A program made the translations under genes and the position numbers. From assembly GCA_963693055.1 (NCBI GenBank), contig OY843751.1:5632001-5696000 (forward strand): a stretch of DNA of 64,000 bases, given 5' to 3'. Below, piece by piece: positions 39,001 through 48,659 of this stretch. The DNA comes from a bacterium. GTDB lineage: Bacteria > Zhuqueibacterota > Zhuqueibacteria > Residuimicrobiales > Krinioviventaceae. The notes beneath the pieces are model-generated. The model saw only the letters and a program-made list of their open reading frames with translations, was not told the DNA's origin and searched no databases. How positions within the stretch are numbered: the stretch's first letter is position 1; each line of letters begins with the position of its first letter.

Positions 39001-42000
39001 GGTATTCTATACATACGCCAACCCCAGTCATCACCGGTATCATTATCAATACTCTTACCGGCAATCAAACTGGTATCGGGATGGTTTCGGTTCAATGAAA
39101 AAGAATAAGAGAAATAGTTATTGTCTACATCCAAGCCACCATTACCGTTCAAATCCTCGCTGTCGGGTTCTCGAACACCATCATCTTCATTATTTTCCGT
39201 ACCATCTATATATTTATAATCAACGGGCTCTTTGGTATTATTGATATCCGGTACATTACGCCAGTTATCATTACTAAAGGGTTCAAAATAATCCTTAATA
39301 TTATTATTATTCAAGTCCCAAAAGTCACCACCTGCAGCTTCAGCCCGTTTATCACTGTCGCTCATACCGTCAAGGCCCACATCTTCACCTTCATCCAGCA
39401 AACCATTACGAATACCGCCCTTGCCGTCAATTGCACCTTCGGCAATATCTTCAGTATCATACTTGTTATTTGGAATAATATCTTCAGAGATCTGACCCAT
39501 GTCAATATGCATGGTAGCATTACCTGTTGTATTAAAAGAAGAGTCAACCTTGACCCAGATCTCTAAAAATTTAGTTTCAGTCTGGTCAGAATAACCGGAT
39601 GACAGGCCTTTCATAATACCGTTCCAATAATTTTCCAATGCTGCCGCACTGTCTGGCGCGTCATAAACCAGATTTAAAATATTGAGACTATTGTTCACAT
39701 TGGTGTTCTGATCACGGTTCGGCCAGATATACTTCATGGGATACGCGGCGTAAGGAGTATAATAATACATACTTGCTCGCTCACGCAAATCCGGTGTACC
39801 ATAATCAAACTTTCCAACCGGAGGAGAACAAAACTCCCAACTTTGGTGGGTAATACCAATGGGTGTTTCACGTTTGGATGCTTCAAAATCATCAATATAA
39901 GCCACACCGTCCGTGTCGCCGGTCAAATCGTTGTTACGAGTATTGGGATTTGGAATAATCTGGGCAATTTCACCATCAAATTTTAAAGTAGACTGTTCGC
40001 GCGTATCTACAAACGGTAAAAAGTTGGCAAAACGAGTAAGGAAAAAAGGTTTAAATGACAGAGAGGTGTTCACGTCCCAAACCATATTGCGCATGGGGCC
40101 CTTGCCTACTCTAACTTTTTGATCCAGAGTATTTTCACTCAGGTATAAAAAGGTAGCGCCAATAAAGCTTTCGTCCCATAAACCATATTCCGCGCGCAAT
40201 CCCATAACGGTTTTTTTATCTATCTGAAAGAGCTGGTTGCTCTCGTAAGAGATTTCGAGGTTTGCGTTTGCTGCCAACGCAGCGTCATTCAAGATCATCA
40301 ATCGACCCGAGAAATAGTCAATGGTATAATCAGACCCACGGGCCAGCTTGACTCCGTTCAGCAATACTTCTTCTGAATTTTCAATCACATTCATACCCAG
40401 ACTGTATTCTGAACTGCTGGTCTGCGAATTCACCTGAATATAAAAATTGCTGTTTGAATTGATTACATTGGTTGCGGTTGTATCATAAATTTCGGGCTCA
40501 AGCAACTTGTCACGGATATCATCTTTGAGTAAATCGTACATTTCCTTATTCTCTGGACGAGCAGGATCAAACGGCCTCAAATCCGGAAAAAAGACCTCGC
40601 CGGTAGCAAAGCTGATAAGGGCATCATTCATATCCACCTTGTTATCAGGATTGGCATCTCCGTTTTCATCATATTTATCCAAACCAAAGAACTGCAGCCA
40701 GGTCATGGTTGTACCATCTTTCAGCTCTACCGTTTCCTGATCAACACCCGAAGACGGTTTGTAAAAGATCTTCATCTCAAATCCGTCAGGCGTAGTGCCC
40801 CGACCAAAATCATAAACGTTCTTCCACTCCAGGTCCCATGTCTTGTCTGCGGGACGTGGATCTTTGTTTTTGATCATACGCAAATACAATGTATCCGATA
40901 CTTCGGGGTTAAAGTCCAAAGAGCCCCATTCGTTTCCGGAATTGTCTTTATAGGTAATACCCAGCACCTGATCATCACTCAACCGCTGGTTCAGTCGAAT
41001 AAAACCCAATTGTTCATCAAAAGTATAATCCTGGTTTTTTTGCAGCTTTACAAAAAAGCCCCTGTATTTATCACGGTCAGCTTCCGGGTGATATTCATCA
41101 AGCGGTGTATCTACACCATCCGGTATAACTTTGGCAACACCAGCCACAGATTCAGTTCTTCCTGATTCATAATTGGTACCAGACACATACAGATCAAAAT
41201 CCGTGATCTCATAAGCAGGATTAAAAGTCAAGCCCCCCTGGGCTGTACGGGTTTTATACTGTTCTCTGTATTGCTCACTTACAAAATAATATACACCGGT
41301 TTTATACTGATAATCTTGAATTTTGGAAGCTTCTGCAGATGCACCACCACTCAATTCAAGCCGTTTTTTCTCGCCTTTTTCCTGGCTGGCTATGGCGGTT
41401 AATTTCAAAGCACCAATAGTGGCTTCGGTTTTAATACCAAACAGACCATTGCTCTGGCCGCCAAAGGTCACAAATTTTGTTCCCGGCAAAGAAAGGGCTA
41501 TATTACCAGCCTCAATAGACTGAACAATTTCATCTTCATAGCCTTCATATTTCAGTTTTATATTGTTATCAAAATCAAAAGTACGTTCAGAGTCCTGATC
41601 AATTCCAATAGTAACCTTGTCACCAATGTGTCCCTGTACTTTGAACCGCTGGGTTTGTTCCATCTTAAAGCTATTGTCTGAACCACGGTTCAGCGCACTT
41701 TTAACTTCGGAACGGTCTTCGTTTCTAAACCCGCCCTTGATGTTGATCTCGCCGCTAACATCCAGACCTACGGTACCGCTACCAAAGATCTGCTGAAAAG
41801 CTTTACTCTTGATCTCAACCGGTATATCGATGCGAAATCCGGCGCTGCCGCCGCTGCGCCTTGATGTTGCTGTTAAACTGCTTACAGATGACTGCAGCCA
41901 GCTTTCTTTCAACTCGTATAGACGACGTGTTTCAACATATTGCTCAAGCGTTAAAAAATTTCCCAGGTTAAAATCCATATTACCCATTTTTTCAGTAATA

Positions 42001-42296
42001 TTGACATTCTGACCCGTGGAATCAATTTCAACTTCACGTTTGATACTTCCCCCCATTGATTTGCTCAGGGGTCTAATAGGTGTACGCGCACCATTCATAT
42101 GCAGCCCCATGAATGGTTTTTCGGAAATAATATCCACCAACGGGTCCCAATGTTCCGGAAGTTGTATACCTAAAGCAGGATTTTGATAGGTCTCTTGAGC
42201 TTGTATAGAGGATGGCAGGAACATACCAATCCACAACAGCAATATAATGGCAGGTTTAGGCCCCTGCGCTCTGACCCTGTTAATAAAAAGAACCAT
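36021..42296 (-). CDS. sprA: T9SS translocon SprA/Sov (start probably ATG 42296)
   Basis: ~2100 aa; FDFDNNIKLKYEGYEDEIVQSIEAGN, GLFGIK, AYIDDFE, DMGQISED, EDVGLDG, EIWLNELRL; C-terminal beta strands. Confidence 0.93.
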   Translation of the reverse strand: MVLFINRVRAQGPKPAIILLLWIGMFLPSSIQAQETYQNPALGIQLPEHWDPLVDIISEKPFMGLHMNGARTPIRPLSKSMGGSIKREVEIDSTGQNVNITEKMGNMDFNLGNFLTLEQYVETRRLYELKESWLQSSVSSLTATSRRSGGSAGFRIDIPVEIKSKAFQQIFGSGTVGLDVSGEINIKGGFRNEDRSEVKSALNRGSDNSFKMEQTQRFKVQGHIGDKVTIGIDQDSERTFDFDNNIKLKYEGYEDEIVQSIEAGNIALSLPGTKFVTFGGQSNGLFGIKTEATIGALKLTAIASQEKGEKKRLELSGGASAEASKIQDYQYKTGVYYFVSEQYREQYKTRTAQGGLTFNPAYEITDFDLYVSGTNYESGRTESVAGVAKVIPDGVDTPLDEYHPEADRDKYRGFFVKLQKNQDYTFDEQLGFIRLNQRLSDDQVLGITYKDNSGNEWGSLDFNPEVSDTLYLRMIKNKDPRPADKTWDLEWKNVYDFGRGTTPDGFEMKIFYKPSSGVDQETVELKDGTTMTWLQFFGLDKYDENGDANPDNKVDMNDALISFATGEVFFPDLRPFDPARPENKEMYDLLKDDIRDKLLEPEIYDTTATNVINSNSNFYIQVNSQTSSSEYSLGMNVIENSEEVLLNGVKLARGSDYTIDYFSGRLMILNDAALAANANLEISYESNQLFQIDKKTVMGLRAEYGLWDESFIGATFLYLSENTLDQKVRVGKGPMRNMVWDVNTSLSFKPFFLTRFANFLPFVDTREQSTLKFDGEIAQIIPNPNTRNNDLTGDTDGVAYIDDFEASKRETPIGITHQSWEFCSPPVGKFDYGTPDLRERASMYYYTPYAAYPMKYIWPNRDQNTNVNNSLNILNLVYDAPDSAAALENYWNGIMKGLSSGYSDQTETKFLEIWVKVDSSFNTTGNATMHIDMGQISEDIIPNNKYDTEDIAEGAIDGKGGIRNGLLDEGEDVGLDGMSDSDKRAEAAGGDFWDLNNNNIKDYFEPFSNDNWRNVPDINNTKEPVDYKYIDGTENNEDDGVREPDSEDLNGNGGLDVDNNYFSYSFSLNRNHPDTSLIAGKSIDNDTGDDWGWRMYRIPIQAQEPVMSIIGNPDLSLIEYMRIWVDGFNVPGRHVIQIAEINLVSSDWKEKGLAYYTKPDSFDVDQDSTVTVTVVNTHDNPEYDAPPGVQGEVDQITQVIAKEQSLVMRVTDLKPGYIGGIEKTFYEAQSYINYKTLKMFIYGYDYSARHIGADSTNIEVYLRMGADENNYYEIRQPVYEGWKKNNMEVDLIALSQLKVTADTSYTDPNNVNITIREKNIGSGVVWKLKGNPALTKIRMLSAGVENKHWTENSDRQDYGPFTGEIWLNELRLSNVKKDKGMAMRGQVAFKLADLVTVNAEMNKMDADFHNVQERFGSGDNEISGNISTTVQLGNFVPSKLGLRMPVTVTYSKSEESPKYIPGTDIEVNNDLPEATLDSIKTISERKGMNVSFGINSRSKNFMVKHIVTPLKVTYSRNETFSKNASTEHANNTSESGSVTWGLTFGQNNYVKPMKWLGTSPLLMKLADMKLYFSPKTITTSHASSRNKNNSLTYSGVSTKNGTFVMSRKYAMTMNITDSWSYDLNRSYTHDLRGVNMDTLQIMLQEFKWGLLTNVDNSFNMKFNPKIFSWFTTNFTYNTTFKYGYNKQQALAPRSASQNRTLSASGDLTLSTLANTIYKPGGGARGRKSGGARAARPKPANGEEKQEEEKEGRTINIDVMKWTAGFLNVFEPFRISYNTRDNVSEYGLAGMPTLSYQFGITDTTGAGIEEALLSGEGSTSSFNRGSSSESKSTSVNSGLKISRNVTFRFKYDQNSSLNTSSKTTTGQRSNSYYKDVGGPFPGWTVSVKGFEKLPFVKDYFTRVTLDHNFTGSTGETFDVEADSDGVMYENITKEDMDNSFRPLIGVTMAMKNGISLNFKYNTSDKQLINRSYSQTIKNTISNDISVTATYSKRGNFKIPLPFFGNKRLKNNIDISLTYSQSLNKQDDSKNGINFTTTSETSKWMLKPDVNYSFSDKVRGGLFFEVGKTHNKLLGDTSYKELGITVNIAIRGN

Positions 42297-42623
42297 GTGC
42301 TTACAATCAATCAGGTGAGTCTGTTCGTTAATCACTCTAATGAATTAAAAAAAACCGTAACCTAACGAATGTCTATAAGCCTCTCCCTCTTTGGTCCAAC
42401 ATAACAGTATTTTGCTGTTGTGATTTAATTTCAGAACAAATATATAATTTCATCATATAATAAATTGTAATCTTGTGCACAATTGCTTATATTTTATCGT
42501 TTGTTCCTGTACAATAGTTCCCGAAAATACAAAAGTATTTTCAAAAAAAGTCACAGGAACACAAATATAGTTAATTAATGCAATTTTATCAATCAATTTC
42601 TTGATTTTATTATCGGATTAACC

Positions 42624-44051
42624 GTGTTTATACTTTGGCGATATATATTAAAAGAACATGTTGGGCCTTTTCTTTTTGCCATGAGCATTATCACACTGGT
42701 CTTTCTTATGAACCTGGTGTTCCGCGAATTGGGCCGAATTCTAAGTAAAGGGCTGGAATTTAGCCTGATTCTTGAATTCTTTTTCCTCAACATGGCCTGG
42801 ATCATTGCGCTTGCTGTACCCATGGCAGTTCTGGTAGCCACGCTAATGGCTTTTGGACGTCTTTCAGGAGACAGCGAAATTATTGCCATGAAAGCCGGCG
42901 GCATCAGCATCATTCACATGATTATGCCGGTTGTCATTACATCAATCGGTCTGGCACTTTCACTGATATGGTTCAACAATCATATATTACCCGAATTCAA
43001 CCACCGCACCCGCTTGCTTGCAAATGATATTGCCCGCAAGCGACCTACACTCAATCTGGAAGCCGGGGTGGTTATGAAAGACATTCCTAATATCAACATT
43101 CTGGTACAGAGTCTTGAAGAAACTCAGGATACTGCCTATGTCAAATCCATTTGGATTGAAGACAATCGCAAAAAAGAAAAGAGCAAATATATCTTTAGCA
43201 AAAGTGGCAAAATCTTTGCCAATCCTGCCACTGCGCACCTGGTCATGGAACTTTATGACGGTGAAATGCATGAATTAGACCTCAAAACCATGGAAAAATA
43301 CACCCGGTTGACCTTTCCGCAGCAGCGGTTGACCATAGAAATACCGGGAATGTCGCTTGAGCGCAGTTCAAGCGAACACAGAGGTGACCGCGAAAAAAGC
43401 GCAAAAATGATGATGGAAGAGGTTCGTCAAAACCATGAAATGATCAAAGAGCGCTATAACCGTGTTGACAACCTGATTACCAATTACTTTGAAAAACATG
43501 TTCCCCTGGAACTTGACGGTGCAACGAATCCCATGGCGCCCCCGATCCCTAACAATCCTTTGATCAGACACAAAGTTATGCCTCTGTCTCCAGAAGGTCG
43601 ATTAAACAAAATCAAACAGGACAATATAAACCTGAAAAGACAAATCACTGCCGAAATGAACATTGTCAACAATCTTGAACGAAGCAATTATAAATTAATG
43701 GTAGAAGTTCATAAAAAATATTCAATCCCCTTTGCCTGTATTGTCTTTGTACTGGTGGGTGCTCCTCTGGGCATTATGGCCCGTAAGGGCAATATGGCTG
43801 TTGCGGGCGGTATCAGCTTTACTTTCTTTTTAATTTATTGGGTTTCACTCATTGGCGGCGAGGAACTTGCAGACAATAAACTGATTTCTCCCTTTATGGC
43901 CATGTGGCTTGCCAATATCATTGTTGGGGCCGGAGGAGTATACCTGGTTGTGCATTCCATCCATGAAGCAACTTTTATCAACTGGACAGCCATCCCCGCC
44001 CTATTTAAAAGGCTGTTTAAATCCAAAAAGAGAAAGACACAACAGGCATGA
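42624..44051 (+). CDS. lptF: LPS export ABC transporter permease LptF
   Basis: ALAVPMAVL...FGRLSGDSEIIAMKAGGIS, EVHKKYSIPFAC, GAPLG. Confidence 0.9.
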   Translation: MFILWRYILKEHVGPFLFAMSIITLVFLMNLVFRELGRILSKGLEFSLILEFFFLNMAWIIALAVPMAVLVATLMAFGRLSGDSEIIAMKAGGISIIHMIMPVVITSIGLALSLIWFNNHILPEFNHRTRLLANDIARKRPTLNLEAGVVMKDIPNINILVQSLEETQDTAYVKSIWIEDNRKKEKSKYIFSKSGKIFANPATAHLVMELYDGEMHELDLKTMEKYTRLTFPQQRLTIEIPGMSLERSSSEHRGDREKSAKMMMEEVRQNHEMIKERYNRVDNLITNYFEKHVPLELDGATNPMAPPIPNNPLIRHKVMPLSPEGRLNKIKQDNINLKRQITAEMNIVNNLERSNYKLMVEVHKKYSIPFACIVFVLVGAPLGIMARKGNMAVAGGISFTFFLIYWVSLIGGEELADNKLISPFMAMWLANIIVGAGGVYLVVHSIHEATFINWTAIPALFKRLFKSKKRKTQQA

Positions 44052-45124
44052 AAATTCTTGATCGATATATATCCCGCCAGTTTATCGGCATTGTTTTGTT
44101 TGCTCTGCTCGCCTTTATCACCCTGTTTGTTGTGGTTGATCTTGTAGAAAAAATGGACAATTTTATTGGCAGTGATGTTCCCAAACATATCATTGGGTTG
44201 TATTATCTTTATACCATACCTTATTATATTGTGCTTACGCTTCCCATTGCCATGCTGCTTGCCAGCTTGTTCAGTCTTGGCAATATGGCACGAAGAAACG
44301 AGATTATTGTTATGAAAGCAGCCGGCATGTCTTTGAACAGAATTCTCTTTCCGGTGTTTATTATTGCGTTTTTAACTAGTCTGGGTTCTCTGGCCTTTTC
44401 CGAATATGTTATGCCACGAGCTACTGAAAAACGAGAAATCATCAACAACGAATATATTGAAAAAGACAAACAACTCTGGCGTACCCGCATAGACAATGTG
44501 TATATGAAAGACCCCTCCGGGAAACAGATCAGCATTTTTCATTTCTACGCATCAAAAAATTCTGGCGACAAGGTCAGTGTCAAAGAATTCAAGGGTGAAA
44601 CCCTGGCAAAACGAATTGATGCCAGAAAAATGGTGTGGTCTGATAGTGTTTGGATTTTATACGACGGGTATGTACGTGAATTCGCGTCTGACCAGGAAAT
44701 TGCCCAACCTTTTTCAGAAAAAATTCTAACAAATTTTTCTCTAACCCCTACAGATCTTTCCAAAGTCTTGAAAAAAGCTGAAGAAATGTCTTTTGCTGAG
44801 CTTAAAGAATTTATTGAAAAAGTGAGATTAAATGGCGGAGACACCAACCGGTGGATGGTTGATCTCTATCTGAAACTGTCTATCCCTTTTGCCAGCTTTA
44901 TCATTGTGTTGTTTGGTGCTCCCCTGGCATCACACAAACGCAGAGGCAGTGCCATGACAGGTTTTGGAATAAGCCTTGCCATCTGTTTTATCTATTTCGG
45001 CATTGTAAAAACATTTCAAACCCTGGGACACAATGGGCATATATCTCCATTTTTTGCGGCCTGGATTGCCAATATTATCTTTGGAATTGGTGGAGTCATT
45101 ACACTGATCAAAGCCCCCAAGTAA
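44048..45124 (+). CDS. lptG: LPS export ABC transporter permease LptG
   Basis: MKILDRYI, NEIIVMKAAGMS, KLSIPFA, AAWIANIIF; ATGA overlap with lptF. Confidence 0.9.
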   Translation: MKILDRYISRQFIGIVLFALLAFITLFVVVDLVEKMDNFIGSDVPKHIIGLYYLYTIPYYIVLTLPIAMLLASLFSLGNMARRNEIIVMKAAGMSLNRILFPVFIIAFLTSLGSLAFSEYVMPRATEKREIINNEYIEKDKQLWRTRIDNVYMKDPSGKQISIFHFYASKNSGDKVSVKEFKGETLAKRIDARKMVWSDSVWILYDGYVREFASDQEIAQPFSEKILTNFSLTPTDLSKVLKKAEEMSFAELKEFIEKVRLNGGDTNRWMVDLYLKLSIPFASFIIVLFGAPLASHKRRGSAMTGFGISLAICFIYFGIVKTFQTLGHNGHISPFFAAWIANIIFGIGGVITLIKAPK

Positions 45125-45125
45125 T

Positions 45126-46094
45126 CTATTCGTCATCTTTTCTGTCCATAAATAACCGGTCAAGCAGCTTTTTTACATGTTCGGTATTGTATAATATCTT
45201 TGAATCTTTAACAAATTCCGCATCCTGTCCTGTCTTTAGCTGATAATACAATGCATTCAAAAACCGTTTCATATCATCACGAGGCAGCAAAGGTTCATAC
45301 TCGTATACACGGTTCCTGAGATTTTTGGAACTCACCTCGACTTCCGCCACAAACAACATGACCTTGTATTCCGGAGAAACAATTTTGCGCTTCAAAATGC
45401 CTCTGTCTACAAGCGCAGATAAAATCCGGTCCATATCCTGCTTTGACATTTTAATACTGGTGTCCATCTGCGCGTAAATGTTCTGACCGGTAATACGGTG
45501 ATGTTTCCAGATGAGCTCAAGCGCCTCAAGCTCCGCCTGGGTGGGTATAAAATCCAGTTTAGGTTCCAGTGTACCGCCAACCAACTCGGAGACTTTTTTC
45601 GCTCCCTGAAACAGCATGCGGGGCAGATTAAACTGGTCAGGAGGCAGGTCTAACCGGTCTTTTTTGTAAAAAGGGGATTGCTGTTTGGCGATGAACAGAG
45701 AATCCCGAACCGGAATGTAATCTCCCTTTGCCAAATAGACCGTATCGATCATAAATAACGTATCATGAGTAACATGATAAATAGAATCTATGGGCTGCGT
45801 TACTTGCTCCGGGATTGTATATGGATCAGACGATTGGGTTTCAGACTCAGAAACCTGAAGCGTCGGGCTCACAGGTATATCGGGTTCCGATTCAACAATT
45901 GTTTCAGGTGGAGCGGATTGATCTACGCTCGTTTGCAGAGCTGGTTTCAATACCGACATTTCAAGCGCCCGAGACAATTCAGGATGCAAAACCAGCACAG
46001 GATTTTCCCGGAACCGTATATTAAACAGCACCAACACAATCACTGTATGGACCAAAACAGAAACCAATAAAGCTGTTAACAGGGGTCTACTCAT
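45126..46094 (-). CDS. Membrane-anchored protein: TonB-like TM, Pro/Ser/Glu linker, BlaI/CopY-like winged helix
   Basis: SVLVH TM; TQAELEALELIW...ILSALVDRGILKRK...YEYEPLL. Confidence 0.6.
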   Translation of the reverse strand: MSRPLLTALLVSVLVHTVIVLVLFNIRFRENPVLVLHPELSRALEMSVLKPALQTSVDQSAPPETIVESEPDIPVSPTLQVSESETQSSDPYTIPEQVTQPIDSIYHVTHDTLFMIDTVYLAKGDYIPVRDSLFIAKQQSPFYKKDRLDLPPDQFNLPRMLFQGAKKVSELVGGTLEPKLDFIPTQAELEALELIWKHHRITGQNIYAQMDTSIKMSKQDMDRILSALVDRGILKRKIVSPEYKVMLFVAEVEVSSKNLRNRVYEYEPLLPRDDMKRFLNALYYQLKTGQDAEFVKDSKILYNTEHVKKLLDRLFMDRKDDE

Positions 46095-46190
46095 AAAACC
46101 AATCTACTAAAGTTATGTATTCAATGAAAATAACGGGGCCGGGTTCCCTTATAATATTCATTTATTGACATTTCTTAAATATAAAAACCC

Positions 46191-46219
46191 TTGATTTTCT
46201 ATGCAATTACATCTACTTT
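46191..46219 (+). promoter_or_regulatory. Putative sigma70 promoter for cutA-tonB-exbBD
   Basis: TTGATT-N17-TACTTT upstream of ATG 46246. Confidence 0.4.
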
Positions 46220-46245
46220 ATAAATTAAAAAAATCAGGAAACTTT

Positions 46246-46563
46246 ATGGAATCATTTATCGTTGTATTTACAACATTTAAAGACAAAACCGAAGCAGAAA
46301 AGACAATTCACAAACTCTTAAAAGCCCGGCTTATTGCCTGTGCAAATATTATAGACAACGTTGATTCTTTTTTTCACTGGAACAGCCAGGTTGAGAATGA
46401 AAAGGAAACCATGGTTGTCATTAAAACGCAAAGAAAACTGCTGGAAGAACTGGTTGAATGGATCCAGACCAACCATACTTATCAGGTACCGGAAATCATT
46501 GCCCTGCCCATTATTGGTGGTTCTGCGGAATACCTGAACTGGATCAAAGAAGAGACCACTTGA
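46246..46563 (+). CDS. cutA: Divalent-cation tolerance protein CutA
   Basis: LIACANI, S.FHW, E.E...IKT, HTYQVPEIIALPI, YLNWI. Confidence 0.93.
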   Translation: MESFIVVFTTFKDKTEAEKTIHKLLKARLIACANIIDNVDSFFHWNSQVENEKETMVVIKTQRKLLEELVEWIQTNHTYQVPEIIALPIIGGSAEYLNWIKEETT

Positions 46564-46648
46564 TTAACCGGACCGTAACTAATCGGGAATAATAACGCAT
46601 TGTCCTTTGTCAAATCACAAAGGCATCGCTGAATAAATTGGAAAACTC

Positions 46649-47584
46649 TTGTTTCAAAAACATCGTATAAAAATAGCAATAGTCATATCCATATTATTGC
46701 ACATATTGATTCTGGCTTTTTACAAGCCGCTTTCAGTTATTTTACAACTTGATTCCAAGGCAGAATCAGTACATACAGAACCTCTGGTATTCGAATTTGA
46801 AGATACTGCAAAACCCAAAGAGGTTGTAGAGACTCTGGAAGAAGCCCGCGTAGATAAAGCGCCGGATGACGCGCAATTGTATTCCGACAAAAATGCCCGT
46901 GCCCAGGATATGTATGCGGATAACAATCTGCCAAATGGCATGTCGTTCAGCGAAGGTGTTTCCGATTATCGTACGTTTGCGGGTAAACAACAAGCCGGTG
47001 AACAGATGGAAACCCCGTCGCAAGATAAACCCACTGAAAATTTTGGTCAGGACGACCAGTTCTCAGAACAAAAAGAACAATCCGAAGCGTATAAAGACAG
47101 CGATCCCCTTTTACAGCAACAGACCGAATTTTCTAAACAAATGCGACCAAAGTTCACGAAGGATGTATTGTTTGGACAACAGCAAAGCAACAAAAGCGGT
47201 ATGCTGGGCTATACGGATGACGCCAATTGGAACAATCAGGAATCCAGCGCGGATAATCTGGGAGGAATCTCTCTCAGCACTTATAACTGGAATTACGCAC
47301 CATATATCAATTACTTGAAACGCAAAGTTCAGGAAAAAATATATCCGCCATCTGCCTTTTATTCGGTAAGCGGCATGAAAAGTGAAGTTGTGGTCAATAT
47401 GGTTGTTCATCGGGATGGTACAATTGAAGAACCACAACTGGTTGCAAATGACGGACATGAATCATTTATTTCTACAAGTGTAAACGCTTTAAAGGCGGCA
47501 TCGCCATATAAACCGCTTCCGGATGATTTCCCGGAAGATCGGCTGGTTATCACATGGACCTTTGGTTACCAGAATTATCGTTAA
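46649..47584 (+). CDS. TonB/TolA family energy transducer
   Basis: N-terminal SILLH TM, low-complexity linker, C-terminal YPP...VHRDGTI...ASPYKPLP; upstream of exbBD. Confidence 0.85.
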   Translation: MFQKHRIKIAIVISILLHILILAFYKPLSVILQLDSKAESVHTEPLVFEFEDTAKPKEVVETLEEARVDKAPDDAQLYSDKNARAQDMYADNNLPNGMSFSEGVSDYRTFAGKQQAGEQMETPSQDKPTENFGQDDQFSEQKEQSEAYKDSDPLLQQQTEFSKQMRPKFTKDVLFGQQQSNKSGMLGYTDDANWNNQESSADNLGGISLSTYNWNYAPYINYLKRKVQEKIYPPSAFYSVSGMKSEVVVNMVVHRDGTIEEPQLVANDGHESFISTSVNALKAASPYKPLPDDFPEDRLVITWTFGYQNYR

Positions 47585-47608
47585 CCCGGAAACAGAACAG
47601 GACATCTC

Positions 47609-48259
47609 ATGACAGAAGCTATTTCATTTCTCCAAAAAGGCGGAATTATAATGTATCCGCTGCTGCTGTGCTCAATTATCGGCCTGGCAATTGTTATTGA
47701 AAAATTTATCAGCCTGCGCAAAGGCAAGATTTTAATACCGGAAATCATCTCCGTTGTAGATTCCATCAACAGTACAGAAGATATAAAGCTGGCTACAAAT
47801 ATTTGCAAAAAAAACACAGGCCCGTTGGCTAACATTATTCTGACCGGATTACAGCACCAGGCGGAGCCGATGGAAGAGATAAAAGAGTTGATCAATGATG
47901 AAGGCCGTCAACAAGTACGCGTACTTGAGCGCGGTTTGCCCATTCTGGAAACGCTTGCTGGAATCTCTCCACTGCTTGGACTTTTGGGTACGGTAGTAGG
48001 TATGATCAAAGTCTTTACGGTTATCTCTACACAAGGTACAGGTCAGGCAAGTCTGCTTGCGGGTGGTATCTCTGAAGCACTTATCACCACGGCTACGGGC
48101 CTTGTTATTGGTATCCCTCTGCTGGTTGCGTTCAACTATTTTACCAACCGTGCTGAAAACTATATCCTCGATATCGAAAAATACTCTACCACTTTGCTGC
48201 AAAAGATCAGACTGATCAACAGTCCAAAACCGGAAAGTGCGGTCAGTGATGCAGTTTAA
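47609..48259 (+). CDS. exbB: ExbB/TolQ/MotA proton channel
   Basis: GGIIMYPL, SPLLGLLGTVVGMI, LAGGISEALITTATGL. Confidence 0.92.
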   Translation: MTEAISFLQKGGIIMYPLLLCSIIGLAIVIEKFISLRKGKILIPEIISVVDSINSTEDIKLATNICKKNTGPLANIILTGLQHQAEPMEEIKELINDEGRQQVRVLERGLPILETLAGISPLLGLLGTVVGMIKVFTVISTQGTGQASLLAGGISEALITTATGLVIGIPLLVAFNYFTNRAENYILDIEKYSTTLLQKIRLINSPKPESAVSDAV

Positions 48260-48656
48260 GGAAAAAAAGAAAAAATCACTGGGTATAAACATTACAAGCC
48301 TGATCGATGTCATGTTTATATTGCTTATCTTTTTTATGGTATCTTCCAGCTTTGTTGAACAACCGGGTATGAAGCTCGAATTGCCGGGCATTCAAAGCAA
48401 AGAAGTGGCTCGTGTTGAAAATCTGGTTATGTTTATTGCCCCAGATGGCAGCATGTCATTGGGAAGTGAGCCTGTCACCATGGAAAACCTGGGTGCAACA
48501 ATTGATAAAATGATACCCGAGATTGAAGAAAAAACCCTGATCCTGAAAGCTGACAAATCCGCTGAACATGGCGTGATTGTCCATGTTATGGATATTGCCA
48601 AAAGGCATGGATTGAAAAAAATCGTTATTGGTACTAAAATTGAGGACATGCAATAA
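48249..48656 (+). CDS. exbD: ExbD/TolR biopolymer transporter
   Basis: INITSLIDVMFILLIFFMV, LILKAD, VMD. Confidence 0.92.
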   Translation: MQFKEKKKKSLGINITSLIDVMFILLIFFMVSSSFVEQPGMKLELPGIQSKEVARVENLVMFIAPDGSMSLGSEPVTMENLGATIDKMIPEIEEKTLILKADKSAEHGVIVHVMDIAKRHGLKKIVIGTKIEDMQ

Positions 48657-48659
48657 AGC

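Noticed and set aside
46120-46150. Minus-strand GGAAC motif as an ECF promoter for the wHTH gene
   Set aside because: No convincing -10 element at 16-17 bp spacing.
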